A model generated the notes under the pieces. That model saw nothing but the letters and a program-made list of their open reading frames with translations. It made no database searches and had not been told where the DNA came from. Below, in pieces: positions 38,687 through 48,817 of a stretch of DNA of 52,333 nt; within the stretch, counting starts at the first letter, position 1; each line of letters starts with the position of its first letter. The stretch covers positions 1 through 52,333 of IMG/VR virus record IMGVR_UViG_3300043446_000626; one strand, given 5' to 3'. A program made the translations under genes and the position numbers. Source of the stretch: a virus (Duplodnaviria > Caudoviricetes).

Positions 38687-41600
38687 ATGGCCGACTTTGG
38701 GCGACAACTGGCAGATTTGTTGTATGGGAACCAACAGCCTCAAGAGCGTCAAAAGATCGCCCGACTCCTAGAGTCTGACCGTTTGCGCCGTTTGGCCGGG
38801 ATTGGCGAGGCTGCTACGACCTTCGGCACCGGACTGGCCGCATCTGTCCCTGCGGGGCTTGCGGGGCTTTCCCAACTGATTCCCACCCGCGGTCGTGCGC
38901 CTGATGTCAACAAGGCCGCCCAGAGGGTTGAGGACGTTCAGGGTGCTCTGACCTACCTTCCCCGCACCGAGACGGGTCAGCGGGTTCTTGAAAAGGTTGC
39001 AGGGCCTCTGGAAATGCTCGGGGCTCCTGCTGAGTTCTTGGGCGAGAAGACGCTGCAGTACACCGGCTCCCCGGCTGCTGCCACTGCCGCAAACGTCCTT
39101 CTGGACCCGGTGAACTTCATCGGGATGCCTGGGAGTGGAAAGGCCGTGAAGGCCGCAGGAAGGGCCGCCATGGCCACTCCTCGTGTCGCTGCTGAGATGG
39201 TCGGTGACATCCTGGCCCCGAAGTCACGCTTTGAAAGCCAACGGGGCGCCATCAAAATGAAGGGCGGCAACTGGTTGGCCGGTGAGGTGGAGAAGTCGAT
39301 TGAGCCTCTTCGTGCCGGTAGCCGAGCAAGACCTCCTGAGCAGCAGTTGGCGGAGATGAGGGCGCAGTACACGCCTGAGGCTCTTGAAACCTTGCCTGAA
39401 GCACTGCGTGGCGGTGTTGATACTGCTTTTGAGGTTCTTGGTGAGCAATCCGCGCTCAATAACTGGATCGACAAGAAACTCACCCGCTACATCAAGAACG
39501 AGATGGCCACGCCGGAAGACCCGGTGCGGAAGTTGGCCGAGCAGGGCATCACGCATATGCAGGGCCTTGACCAGAACGTTGATTACGTCGGCTTCGGTTT
39601 GAAGAGAAGGCGCAGTGAGGCGGGGCTTCCTGAGGGTGGTTTGGGTGAATCTCAACTTGCCAAGAACTGGGAAGTAAAGGCTGACCAAGCAATCAATATC
39701 GAAAAGGCGGGCACCCTTAGCGATCCCAACCAATGGTTTGCTGAATCCGCGCCCGATCTTTCAAGACAACTTGAGACCAACCCTTGGCTTTCAAAACTCC
39801 CGCCAGAGACGCCGGTCTATGAGACTGCGGCGACTGCAGAGTATTTCCCTCGGATGCTTGGCTTCGACCACCTGATCGACGAACTGAGGAACTCCATTGA
39901 TGCCGCGTCCGACCTTCCTGCCCGTCTGCGGTGGAAGCCCGAGGATCTGGAGAAGGTCACGATCGAACAGGCCGTCAAGCGCGTCCACGACATCAACGAG
40001 TACCGCGCAGCGAAGAAGGCGGAGGCAAACGAGGCTCTGGCCCGCAACCCTGCGACGGTGGACTACAAGACCTACGAGACTGTTCCCGGTGGCACTGAGC
40101 CCAACAAGATGGGCTTGGCGTGGAAGGAGATCAAGGCTCCTGGGGAACTTCCAGAAGGTTTGACGGAAACGGTAAGCAAGAAGCACGCACGGAACCGTGC
40201 CGGTGAGTTGGTTGATGATCCTCGCTACAAGTCACTTGAGGACGCTCTCAAGTACGAAGGCGAAGTGATGGGTCACTGCGTCGGCGGCTACTGCAACGAT
40301 GTCCTGTCGGGCGAGACAAAAATCTACTCCCTGCGGGACAAGAAGGGCGAGCCTCATGTCACGATTGAGGTTGCTCCTCCCAAAAAATACTCCTACGAAG
40401 ATGTTTTGGATATGGACAAGGAGTACATATCTTCTCTTCGGCGCAACGGAGGCGAGGACAGCGTTTCTGATTATGTGAATGCGCGTCTAGATGAACTAGA
40501 CAGCGAGCCTTCGCAAATCATCCAGATCAAAGGCAAAGGTAACCGCGCCCCCAAGGAAGAGTATCTGCCGTTCGTGCAGGACTTTGTCCGCAGCGGCAAC
40601 TGGTCACGAGTTGGAGATATTCAGAACACGGGTATGAGGGCTGCTTCATCGGTGTTCAACGAGAACGAACTGAAGAGATTGCGCGATCTTGGAGAGACAA
40701 ACATTCCGGCCATCCTGTCGGGTGCAGATATTCAGCGCCTGCACAACCTCATCACGCCTGAAGGTAAGCGCCTGATATATGACGCTCGTGGCAACATCAT
40801 TGGCGATGAAGCCCGGAGAGGCTACGCAGACGGTGGAGAAGTCACCATCCCTGACATGACGGATGGCGGCAAGGTCATTGATGGCGGGGAGTTCAAGAAG
40901 GGCGGGAAGGTCCGCATCTCCGACAATCCTGACACGATGCGCCTGGAGTTGCAGGCAGGCGGGGCCGTGAAGGCTGCAGCGAAAGCGGCCGCAAAGGTTG
41001 CCAAGGAAGAGAAACTCTCCGTCCCCTACGACATCCCTCGTGCGCCTGCCAAGACGAAGGAAGAGATCCGGCCCATCGCTCAACGCATGGCCGAGCAGAT
41101 GACGGGTGAGTTCGTCCGCCCTGACCCGAAGGTCTCGAAGAACCCTGCAGGCAAGACCTATCAGCAGTTCCTCATGGAGCGTGAACTGGAAGGGCGTCAC
41201 CAGTACCGCCCAACCAAGGAAGTGCAGGAGCCTTCGGTCGCTGACATTGAGAAGCAAAAGGGCATGGTGAAGATGGGCGTCTCTGGCGACACCACCATGG
41301 CCGATGTAGAGTTGCTCCGCGCAGGCCCGTACCAATTGGGAGATCCGGCTCCCCTGCACGGAGGCCCGCGGTTCCCGTTGGGTGGTGAAGGCTCCTGGGC
41401 ATCCAACAACCCGATTGCAGCGAATGTGCAGCGCCGGGTGGGTGAGATATCTCAGTTCTTCGACGCGCCGGTCTTAGGTCAATACATGAGCATGGGTCCG
41501 TCTGGCTCTATGTTCGCGCAGCATCTGGCCGATGCCAACCTGCAGGCCATCGACCTGTCGAAGATGAGCAAGCGGCAGATCGAGCAGTTCAACAAGTTGA

Positions 41601-42415
41601 TCCGCGCCGGAGATGAGAAGTCTGGCCCCCGGCCTACGTTCCCTGGCATTCAGGACAAGGAAGAAGCCTACCTGTGGATGGCGTTCGATCCGAAGTTGCG
41701 GATTCACTTCAACAGCCTGATGCAGAAGCCTACGGTGACCGAGGCGCTGAACCTGCCTGATGGCCGAATCATCCTCGACGCCGTCACCGAGCCGGAGTTG
41801 CGGAACAAGGAGATCATGACCTCTGGTCTGTCTCAGTTCCAGTTCGATCCGAGCATCCGGCCGGAAGATCTCTCGCTTTCGATGCACCCGACCTACACGC
41901 ACCTGATCCCGATGAAGCAGGGCGCTCCGGTCACCCGTACTCGTTACCCGACCCCGGCAGAACTTGAGTTCTCCGATGTGGCCAACTTCATCCGCCAGAA
42001 CTACCCCGCCAAGGAGTTCACCCGCGTAATGCAGACCGGCAGCCCTCGCCAGTTGATCGATCAGCAAGCGATTGATGAGATCAAGATGTTCGAGGAGTTC
42101 ATGAAGCAGTACACCGGCAAGAAGAAGGGCGGGGCGGTGAAGATGCAGGCGGGTGGCGCCATCAAGGCTGCCGCAAAGGCCGTCAAGCCTACTGCCGAGC
42201 AAGCCGCACGTTTGGCTGCTTTGCGCGAGAAGATAGTTCCCCGCGGTGAACTGTCCAAGAAGATCATGGAAGAGAACCTCGACAAGCCTCTGAGCGAGAT
42301 CGAAGAGGGCGGCCTGACCAAGGCCCTGGAGGCTCTGCCCAAGAAAAAGGGCGGCAAGGTGAAGTTCACCGACAACCTCGACGCCATGCGACTGGCTGTC
42401 CAGAAGAGAAAGTAA
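38687..42415 (+). CDS. Large multidomain (polyvalent-like) protein with PcfJ-like domain
   Basis: LKYEGEVMGHCVGGYC..IYSLRD..PHVTIEV..QIKGKGN; modules separated by xxGGxV motifs. Confidence 0.65.
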   Translation: MADFGRQLADLLYGNQQPQERQKIARLLESDRLRRLAGIGEAATTFGTGLAASVPAGLAGLSQLIPTRGRAPDVNKAAQRVEDVQGALTYLPRTETGQRVLEKVAGPLEMLGAPAEFLGEKTLQYTGSPAAATAANVLLDPVNFIGMPGSGKAVKAAGRAAMATPRVAAEMVGDILAPKSRFESQRGAIKMKGGNWLAGEVEKSIEPLRAGSRARPPEQQLAEMRAQYTPEALETLPEALRGGVDTAFEVLGEQSALNNWIDKKLTRYIKNEMATPEDPVRKLAEQGITHMQGLDQNVDYVGFGLKRRRSEAGLPEGGLGESQLAKNWEVKADQAINIEKAGTLSDPNQWFAESAPDLSRQLETNPWLSKLPPETPVYETAATAEYFPRMLGFDHLIDELRNSIDAASDLPARLRWKPEDLEKVTIEQAVKRVHDINEYRAAKKAEANEALARNPATVDYKTYETVPGGTEPNKMGLAWKEIKAPGELPEGLTETVSKKHARNRAGELVDDPRYKSLEDALKYEGEVMGHCVGGYCNDVLSGETKIYSLRDKKGEPHVTIEVAPPKKYSYEDVLDMDKEYISSLRRNGGEDSVSDYVNARLDELDSEPSQIIQIKGKGNRAPKEEYLPFVQDFVRSGNWSRVGDIQNTGMRAASSVFNENELKRLRDLGETNIPAILSGADIQRLHNLITPEGKRLIYDARGNIIGDEARRGYADGGEVTIPDMTDGGKVIDGGEFKKGGKVRISDNPDTMRLELQAGGAVKAAAKAAAKVAKEEKLSVPYDIPRAPAKTKEEIRPIAQRMAEQMTGEFVRPDPKVSKNPAGKTYQQFLMERELEGRHQYRPTKEVQEPSVADIEKQKGMVKMGVSGDTTMADVELLRAGPYQLGDPAPLHGGPRFPLGGEGSWASNNPIAANVQRRVGEISQFFDAPVLGQYMSMGPSGSMFAQHLADANLQAIDLSKMSKRQIEQFNKLIRAGDEKSGPRPTFPGIQDKEEAYLWMAFDPKLRIHFNSLMQKPTVTEALNLPDGRIILDAVTEPELRNKEIMTSGLSQFQFDPSIRPEDLSLSMHPTYTHLIPMKQGAPVTRTRYPTPAELEFSDVANFIRQNYPAKEFTRVMQTGSPRQLIDQQAIDEIKMFEEFMKQYTGKKKGGAVKMQAGGAIKAAAKAVKPTAEQAARLAALREKIVPRGELSKKIMEENLDKPLSEIEEGGLTKALEALPKKKGGKVKFTDNLDAMRLAVQKRK

Positions 42416-42418
42416 ACC

Positions 42419-44932
42419 ATGGCCACTGAATTCCCTATCGAACCCGAGTACGGCCGTTTCATCGAAGGCATGGCCGACGAAGAGCAAGAAGGCATTGAAG
42501 TCGAACTGCCCGAAGACGAGGCGGAGATTGAAGAACTCCCGGACGGGTCTGCCATCGTCAAGATGGACACCAAGGGCCCGGAGGAAGATCAGGACTTCTA
42601 CGCCAACCTTGCTGAGGAACTGGACGAACTCGAACTGTCCACCATCGCTCTGCGGTACATCAAACTTGTCGACATGGACAAGCGTGCCCGTGAGGAGCGC
42701 GACAAGCAGTACGAAGAGGGCCTGAAGCGCACCGGCATGGGCAAGGACGCTCCTGGCGGGGCTACCTTTATGGGCGCTTCCAAGGTGGTTCATCCGGTGA
42801 TGGCCGAGGCTTGCGTGGACTTTGCCTCCCGAGCCATCAAGGAACTGTTCCCGCCTGATGGTCCTGTCCGCACCAAGATCATGGGTGAGGTGGACGAGGA
42901 GAAAGTTCAGAAGGCCGAGCGCAAGCGCGACTACATGAACTGGCAGTTGACGGAGCAAATCGAAGAGTTCCGCGACGAGCAGGAGCAACTCCTGACTCAG
43001 TTGCCTCTCGGCGGGTCTCAGTACCTCAAACTCTGGTACGACGACGACAAGAAGCGCCCCTGCGCTGAGTTTGTCCCGATCGACCGGATGATCGTGCCGT
43101 TTGCCGCGACGAACTTCTATACCGCTCAACGCGCCACCGAGATTCACGAGATCACCGAGTGGGAATTTAAGCGCCGCATCCGTTCGGGGATGTACAAAGA
43201 CATCTCCCTGGTCCGCGCCACGATGGAGCCTGAGGAATCCAAGGCTCAGAAGGCCAACAACAAGATTGAGGGCCGCAAGTGGGATGAGAACGAAGACGGT
43301 CTTCGGAACGTCTATCACATCTACACATGGCTCGAATTGGAAGGCGACAGCCGCTCTAAGGGTGCGATGGCTCCCTACATCCTGATGATCGATGACCTTG
43401 AGAATGAGGTCGTGGGTCTGTACCGTAACTGGGAGGATGGGGACGAGACGATGACAAAACTCGACTGGGTGGTCGAGTTCAAGTTCATCCCCTGGCGCGG
43501 GGCTTACGCGATCGGCCTTCCGCACTTGATCGGTGGTCTGTCCGCAGCACTGACGGGCGCTCTGCGGGCCCTGCTCGATACGGCTCACATCAACAACTCG
43601 GCCACGATGCTGAAGTTGAAGGGCGCGAAGGTCTCTGGCCAGAGTGTTCAGCCCGATGTGACACAGGTGATCGAGATCGAGGCGGCTCCTGGCATTGACG
43701 ACATCAAGAAGATCGCCATGCCCATGCCGTTCAATCCGCCCTCTCCGGTGCTGATGGAACTCCTGGGATGGTTGGATAAAGCCGCCAAGGGCGTGGTGAC
43801 GACCGCGGAAGAGAAGATTGCCGACATCAACAGTAATTCCCCGGTGGGGACGACACAGGCCCTGATCGAGCAGGGTGCTGCGGTCTTCTCGGCCATCCAT
43901 GCACGCCTGCACGACTCTCAGAGCCGGGTGCTGAAGATCCTTGGTCGTCTGAACCGGTGGTATCTGGACGATCAGCGCAAGGGTGAGGTGATCGAAGACC
44001 TGGAGATCGAGCGCACGGACTTCAACCGCAATACTGATGTGGTTCCTGTCTCTGATCCGCACATCTTCTCCGAGACGCAGCGGATGGCCCAGATCCAGGC
44101 TGTCCTGGCTCGGGCCGAGAAGAACCCGGACCTGTACGACCGTCGGGCGGTGGAAGAGCGGTTCCTGAAGCAGTTGAAGATCCCCGGCATCAACGAGATC
44201 CTCAAAGACACCCCGATGCCTGAGGAACTCAACGCCGCGGACGAGAACGTGGCCATGGCCCTGGGTCGGAATGCCTTTGCCTACATTCAGCAGGACCATC
44301 TGGCCCACATTCAGACCCACCTGGACTTCGCCCTGAACCCGGCTTTCGGCAGCAATCCGATCATGGCCTCGTTCTACCTGCCGCGGGCTCTGGAGCACAT
44401 CAAGCAGCACATGGTGCTGTGGTATCTCAACCGCACCAACGCCTATGTGAGCAAGGTTCGGGATGGTGAGCCGGTGACGGAAGCCGAATACGAGAACGTC
44501 CGCCTGACCGCGGAACTGGACAAGGTGTTCTCTGTGGCCACGCAGCACGTTCAGAAGGACTCTGAGAAGGCTTTTGCCAAGATCGTGCCGCTGATTCAGC
44601 AACTCCTGCAGGCCATGCAGCAACTCTCGCCGCAGCCGCCGATGCCTCCAGAGGCTCAGGTGCTCATGCAGACCTCCATGGCCGAGACGCAGCGTCGGGC
44701 GCAGCGTGACCAGGGCGATTTGGCTCTGAATCAGCAGCGCCTGCAGATCGAAGCAGAAGAAAAGGCCGCTCGTCGGCAACTGGATGTTGCACTCAATGCG
44801 TCAGACAACCTGACCAGAGAGCGCATCGAAACGGCGCGTCTGACCCAACGGGATGATGCGCTGCAAGCAGAGCAGTTCGAAACTGCAATCCGCCTCCAAC
44901 AGGAGGCTCAACGTAATCTCGGAGGCATTTGA
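42419..44932 (+). CDS. Portal protein
   Basis: 837 aa; GASKVVHPVMAEAC, YMNWQLTE, LPLGGSQYLK, PVGTTQALIEQG; Gln-rich coiled C-terminus; head module position. Confidence 0.85.
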   Translation: MATEFPIEPEYGRFIEGMADEEQEGIEVELPEDEAEIEELPDGSAIVKMDTKGPEEDQDFYANLAEELDELELSTIALRYIKLVDMDKRAREERDKQYEEGLKRTGMGKDAPGGATFMGASKVVHPVMAEACVDFASRAIKELFPPDGPVRTKIMGEVDEEKVQKAERKRDYMNWQLTEQIEEFRDEQEQLLTQLPLGGSQYLKLWYDDDKKRPCAEFVPIDRMIVPFAATNFYTAQRATEIHEITEWEFKRRIRSGMYKDISLVRATMEPEESKAQKANNKIEGRKWDENEDGLRNVYHIYTWLELEGDSRSKGAMAPYILMIDDLENEVVGLYRNWEDGDETMTKLDWVVEFKFIPWRGAYAIGLPHLIGGLSAALTGALRALLDTAHINNSATMLKLKGAKVSGQSVQPDVTQVIEIEAAPGIDDIKKIAMPMPFNPPSPVLMELLGWLDKAAKGVVTTAEEKIADINSNSPVGTTQALIEQGAAVFSAIHARLHDSQSRVLKILGRLNRWYLDDQRKGEVIEDLEIERTDFNRNTDVVPVSDPHIFSETQRMAQIQAVLARAEKNPDLYDRRAVEERFLKQLKIPGINEILKDTPMPEELNAADENVAMALGRNAFAYIQQDHLAHIQTHLDFALNPAFGSNPIMASFYLPRALEHIKQHMVLWYLNRTNAYVSKVRDGEPVTEAEYENVRLTAELDKVFSVATQHVQKDSEKAFAKIVPLIQQLLQAMQQLSPQPPMPPEAQVLMQTSMAETQRRAQRDQGDLALNQQRLQIEAEEKAARRQLDVALNASDNLTRERIETARLTQRDDALQAEQFETAIRLQQEAQRNLGGI

Positions 44933-45087
44933 TGGCCACTTCTGACAAAGACCAGATGAGCGAGTTCGTTCCGCAGCACAAGCGCATCGCTATGGGTGTG
45001 CCGCTGACGGGCTCTTCCATGCAACCCAAGGGTCAACAGCCCGCCAAACCCCAAGGAGGTGCCCTATCGCAGGCTAAGAAGAAATGA
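44932..45087 (+). CDS. 51-aa hypothetical protein (absent from ORF track)
   Basis: TGATG coupling, SD GGAGG; MATSDKDQMSEFVPQHKRIAMG... Confidence 0.6.
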   Translation: MATSDKDQMSEFVPQHKRIAMGVPLTGSSMQPKGQQPAKPQGGALSQAKKK

Positions 45088-45269
45088 GATACGTCGCCGA
45101 CTACATCCATGCTGTGGAGGCTCGCAAGGCTGAAATACGCCTGTCCCTTGCGGAAGGAAATGCCGCGAACTGGGAGAGTTACCAGAGGATGGTCGGTACT
45201 TATGCAGGACTGTCAGAGTCTCTGCAAATCCTCAACAACCTTCTGAAGGAAGAAGATGAAGATGAATGA
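45084..45269 (+). CDS. Small head-module protein
   Basis: LAEGNAANWESYQRMVG..GL motif; precedes GroES. Confidence 0.7.
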   Translation: MRYVADYIHAVEARKAEIRLSLAEGNAANWESYQRMVGTYAGLSESLQILNNLLKEEDEDE

Positions 45270-45693
45270 GCCGGAAGCGTTTACCGACGCTGACATTGCT
45301 TGGGCTTTCCCGAGTGTAGACCCCGGTGCGAAACCTCTTGGTGGGCGAATTTTGGTTCAACTGCGCCGCGCCAAGAAGAAGACCTCCAACGCAGGAATCA
45401 TCCTGGTCGAAGAGACCAAGGAGACCGAGAAGTGGCAAAACATGGTGGCAAAAGTCATTGCCATCGGGCCACTGGCGTTCCGCAACCGGGATACCAACGA
45501 ACCATGGCCTGAGGGCTCGTGGTGCGAAGTGGGCGATTACATCCGCGTACCCAAGTGGGGTGGCGACCGATGGGAAGTGCCCGTGCCCGGAGAAGACGAA
45601 TCGGAAGAGAAGGCGCTCTTCATGATCCTCAACGACCATGAAGTGATTGCGACCGTCACCTGCAACCCGCTGCTGATGCGGGCATTTATCTAG
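45256..45693 (+). CDS. groES: Co-chaperonin GroES-like protein
   Basis: KPLGGRILVQ, GIILV, VIAIGPLAF, CEVGDYI, ILNDHEVIA. Confidence 0.85.
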   Translation: MKMNEPEAFTDADIAWAFPSVDPGAKPLGGRILVQLRRAKKKTSNAGIILVEETKETEKWQNMVAKVIAIGPLAFRNRDTNEPWPEGSWCEVGDYIRVPKWGGDRWEVPVPGEDESEEKALFMILNDHEVIATVTCNPLLMRAFI

Positions 45694-45701
45694 GAGGCAA
45701 C

Positions 45702-46652
45702 ATGGATCCCAATAAGGATCAAGAACCCCAAATTGAAGTCAAGGAGGCTATGGATGGCTCTGCCGTTGTAGAACTCCCTGATGATCTGGCGGCGCAGGAA
45801 GGCGCCCCAGAGCCCCAGGAAGCCGCTCCTGACTCAAACGACGAAGATGCGGATTCCCCTGGCGATTCAGACGCTCTAAGGGATGCAAAACGCGCCCGCC
45901 GTCGCGCCAAGCGTGAACTGGTCAAAAAGACCAACTCCGAGAAGGACGCCCGCCTGCAGGTTTTGCAGCGCAAGGTGGACGAACTGACTCAGCGCTTGTC
46001 CGTAACCGAGAGCAAGACTCACTCGGCCGATCTGGCCCGCCTGGACAAGACCATCGAGGATTCGGAACTGCGTCTGCAGTACGCCCGGATGAAGATGTCT
46101 GAGGCCACCAGTTCTCAGGACGGGGAAGCCTTCGCCAAGGCCCAGGAGATGTGGTACGACGCCCGCAAGCAGGTTGAAGACCTCAAGCGGTTCCGCGAGA
46201 CGGCCGCCACTCCCCGGCAGCAGGCCAGTATTCCCGACCCCAACCTGCAGCGACTGGCCGCGGACTGGATGGAGCGGAATCGTTGGTACAAACCCGATAA
46301 CAAGGATACCGACAGCAAGATCGCCAAGCAAATTGACGAATCCCTGACGGCCGAAGGTTGGGATCCAACCTCGGAAGAGTATTGGGACGAACTCGATAAT
46401 CGCTTGCAGCGGTATCTCCCCCATCGCTACAATCAACAGGAAGACGAGACTTCATCTCGACGGAGTAGGCCGAGGAATATTGTGACTGGGTCTGGACGCG
46501 AATCATCTCCTGCCGCAGGCGGTAGGAACACCTTCACTCTCACGCCCGAACAGGTGCGTGCGATGAAGGACGCGGGTTTTTGGGATGACCCCCAGAAGCG
46601 CGCCAAGATGATCAAGCGTTATGCCCAAGAAGCCCGGAACTACAGGAGTTAA
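45702..46652 (+). CDS. Putative capsid scaffolding protein
   Basis: Acidic N-terminus, coiled coil, LTPEQVRAMKDAG C-terminus; upstream of the capsid genes. Confidence 0.65.
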   Translation: MDPNKDQEPQIEVKEAMDGSAVVELPDDLAAQEGAPEPQEAAPDSNDEDADSPGDSDALRDAKRARRRAKRELVKKTNSEKDARLQVLQRKVDELTQRLSVTESKTHSADLARLDKTIEDSELRLQYARMKMSEATSSQDGEAFAKAQEMWYDARKQVEDLKRFRETAATPRQQASIPDPNLQRLAADWMERNRWYKPDNKDTDSKIAKQIDESLTAEGWDPTSEEYWDELDNRLQRYLPHRYNQQEDETSSRRSRPRNIVTGSGRESSPAAGGRNTFTLTPEQVRAMKDAGFWDDPQKRAKMIKRYAQEARNYRS

Positions 46653-46656
46653 GAAA

Positions 46657-47205
46657 ATGGAGTCACGCCTCAAAAAATCCCTCAAGTCAGGTGGCCGCCA
46701 AGATCGCGCAAGCGAGGACACGAGCCGTCTGCCTCCGCAGGAAAAGTTCATTTCAGCGCAGGAACGTCGCAAGATGTGGAGCGATGAGTGGACGCAGTCA
46801 GCGTTGCCTAAGACCCCGGAGATTCCGGGATGGCATTTATGTTGGCTTTCAACCACCAACGCATACGACAGCATTGATAAGCGTATACGGCTTGGGTACG
46901 TTCCGGTGATGGCCGAAGAGTTACCTGGGTTTCAGCAATACAAAGTCAAAGCAGGCGAACACGTTGGACAAATCTCGTGCAACGAGATGCTGCTGTTCAA
47001 ACTCCCCATGGATGTCTACCAAGAGATCATGACGGAGTTGCACTACTCCAAGCCCCGCGAGGAAGAGGACAAGATCCGAGTCCAAGTGGAGAACTTGCAG
47101 GGTGCACGCGACAGCAACGGGAAATCCCTTGTGCGGTTGGAGGGCGACGGCCTAGGCTCGTTTGATTCACAGCCAACCAACACTGCCCCCGTATTCGAGG
47201 GCTAA
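46657..47205 (+). CDS. Head-module hypothetical protein
   Basis: PEIPGWHLCWLS..RIRLGYVPV motif; SD AGGAG before ATG 46657. Confidence 0.65.
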   Translation: MESRLKKSLKSGGRQDRASEDTSRLPPQEKFISAQERRKMWSDEWTQSALPKTPEIPGWHLCWLSTTNAYDSIDKRIRLGYVPVMAEELPGFQQYKVKAGEHVGQISCNEMLLFKLPMDVYQEIMTELHYSKPREEEDKIRVQVENLQGARDSNGKSLVRLEGDGLGSFDSQPTNTAPVFEG

Positions 47206-47216
47206 AAGGAGTCATC

Positions 47217-47813
47217 ATGAGTGCAACTTCTGCACCTTTTGGCTTGCGGCCGGCGTTCCACCCCTCTGGTCTGGATCGCGCCCAAGCGCTTGCCAACGGT
47301 ATTGTGTCGGCGTATTCGTCCGACATCCTCAAGGGCCAACCGGTCAAGTATGTGACCTCTGGCACCATTGAACAGGTGACCGGTACGGAAGCCTTTGTTG
47401 GCGCCTTTGATGGCGTCGAGTGGACCGACACGACCGGTCGTCGTCGCGTCTCGAACTACTGGCCTGCCGCTACGGCATACCAGACCGGTTCGTGCGTGGC
47501 CTATTTCTACAACGATCCCAACATCGTTTACGAAATTCAGGCTGACGGTTCGGTTGCTCAGTCGTCCATTGGCGACGAAGCCAACTTCACCAACCTGACT
47601 GCAGGCTCGACCACCACTGGTCTGTCGCAGTGCACGATGAACTCGACTCTTGTCGGCGCCAACAACGCCGGTCAAGTGCGGATCGTCGACCTTGCCCCTT
47701 ATCCGGGCAATGACTGGGGTGATGCTTTCACGATCGTCCGCGTGACGGTTGCCGAGCATCAATTCGCTCAAATCCGCGTCTCGGGTGCTAACTACACCCC
47801 GATCGCTATCTAA
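47217..47813 (+). CDS. Putative capsid decoration/minor head protein
   Basis: APFGLRPA..NDPNIVYEIQAD; directly upstream of the MCP. Confidence 0.6.
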   Translation: MSATSAPFGLRPAFHPSGLDRAQALANGIVSAYSSDILKGQPVKYVTSGTIEQVTGTEAFVGAFDGVEWTDTTGRRRVSNYWPAATAYQTGSCVAYFYNDPNIVYEIQADGSVAQSSIGDEANFTNLTAGSTTTGLSQCTMNSTLVGANNAGQVRIVDLAPYPGNDWGDAFTIVRVTVAEHQFAQIRVSGANYTPIAI

Positions 47814-47828
47814 TAAGGAGGGCGAATC

Positions 47829-48746
47829 ATGGCAGCCCCGATGCGCAGTACAGACTTTCGGTCAATCGTTGAGCCGATCCTCAACGAATGCTTCGATGGT
47901 GTGTACGACCAACGCGCCGACGAATGGTCGCGTGTTTTCCGCGAGCAAGAAGGCATTCCTCGCAACTATCACGAAGAGCCGGTCCTTTATGGATTTGGCG
48001 CAGCGCCCCAACTGCCTGATGGCACTCCGGTGACCTATCAGCAGGGTGGCGTGCTCTTCCTCAAGCGTTATGTGTACCGGGTGTATGGCTTGGCCTTCGC
48101 TCTGACCAAGGTGCTCGTGGAAGACGGCGACCATATCCGTATCGGTCAGGTCTATGCCCGTCACCTCGCACAGTCCCTGGTTGAGACCAAGGAAACCCTG
48201 TGCGCCAACGTGCTGAACAACGCCTTCACGGGCGGCCAGTACGCAGGCGGCGACGGCGTGGCTCTGAACAGCGCTTCGCACCCGATCGTGAACGGCACGT
48301 TCTCCAACCTGCTGACGACTGCAGCCAACCTGTCCCAGACCTCTCTGGAGCAGATGCTGATTCAGATCCGTCAGGCTGTGGACAACAACGGCAAGAAGAT
48401 CCGTCTGGTTCCCCGCCAACTGGTGGTGGCTCCTGGCAACATCTTCCAGGCCGAAGTGCTGCTGAAGTCCGTGCTGCGTGCCGGTAACGCGAACAACGAC
48501 ATCAACCCGGTCAAGTCGATTGGCTTGCTCGACGAGGGTGCCGCTGTTCTGTCGCGTCTGACCTCTCCCACCGCATGGTGGGTGCAGACCGACGCACCGG
48601 AAGGCATGAAGTTGCTGATGCGCCGTCGTTTGGAGAAGACGATGGAAGGGGACTTTGAGACCGACACCATGCGGTACAAGGCCACCGAGCGTTACGACGT
48701 TGGCTTCACCGATCCTCGCGCCCTTTATGGCACTCCTGGGGTTTGA
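47829..48746 (+). CDS. Major capsid protein (Mu gpT-like, HK97 fold)
   Basis: GFGAAPQLPDG, GGDGVAL, PRQLVVAP, DFETDTMRYKATERYDVGFTDPRALYG. Confidence 0.9.
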   Translation: MAAPMRSTDFRSIVEPILNECFDGVYDQRADEWSRVFREQEGIPRNYHEEPVLYGFGAAPQLPDGTPVTYQQGGVLFLKRYVYRVYGLAFALTKVLVEDGDHIRIGQVYARHLAQSLVETKETLCANVLNNAFTGGQYAGGDGVALNSASHPIVNGTFSNLLTTAANLSQTSLEQMLIQIRQAVDNNGKKIRLVPRQLVVAPGNIFQAEVLLKSVLRAGNANNDINPVKSIGLLDEGAAVLSRLTSPTAWWVQTDAPEGMKLLMRRRLEKTMEGDFETDTMRYKATERYDVGFTDPRALYGTPGV

Positions 48747-48754
48747 CACAGGTA

Positions 48755-48817
48755 TTGTGAAATGACTCAAGCATCAGTAAAATTCAAAGGCCACAAGCCG
48801 ATGGAGATTACTGATGC
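48755..48817 (+). promoter_or_regulatory. Promoter and start-codon-sequestering hairpin for the endo VII gene
   Basis: TTGTGA N17 TAAAAT; perfect 10-bp GCATCAGTAA/TTACTGATGC stem that includes the ATG. Confidence 0.55.

Noticed and set aside
41474-44779. 1101-aa ORF on the minus strand
   Set aside because: Antisense shadow of the portal and upstream gene caused by codon bias; no recognisable motifs
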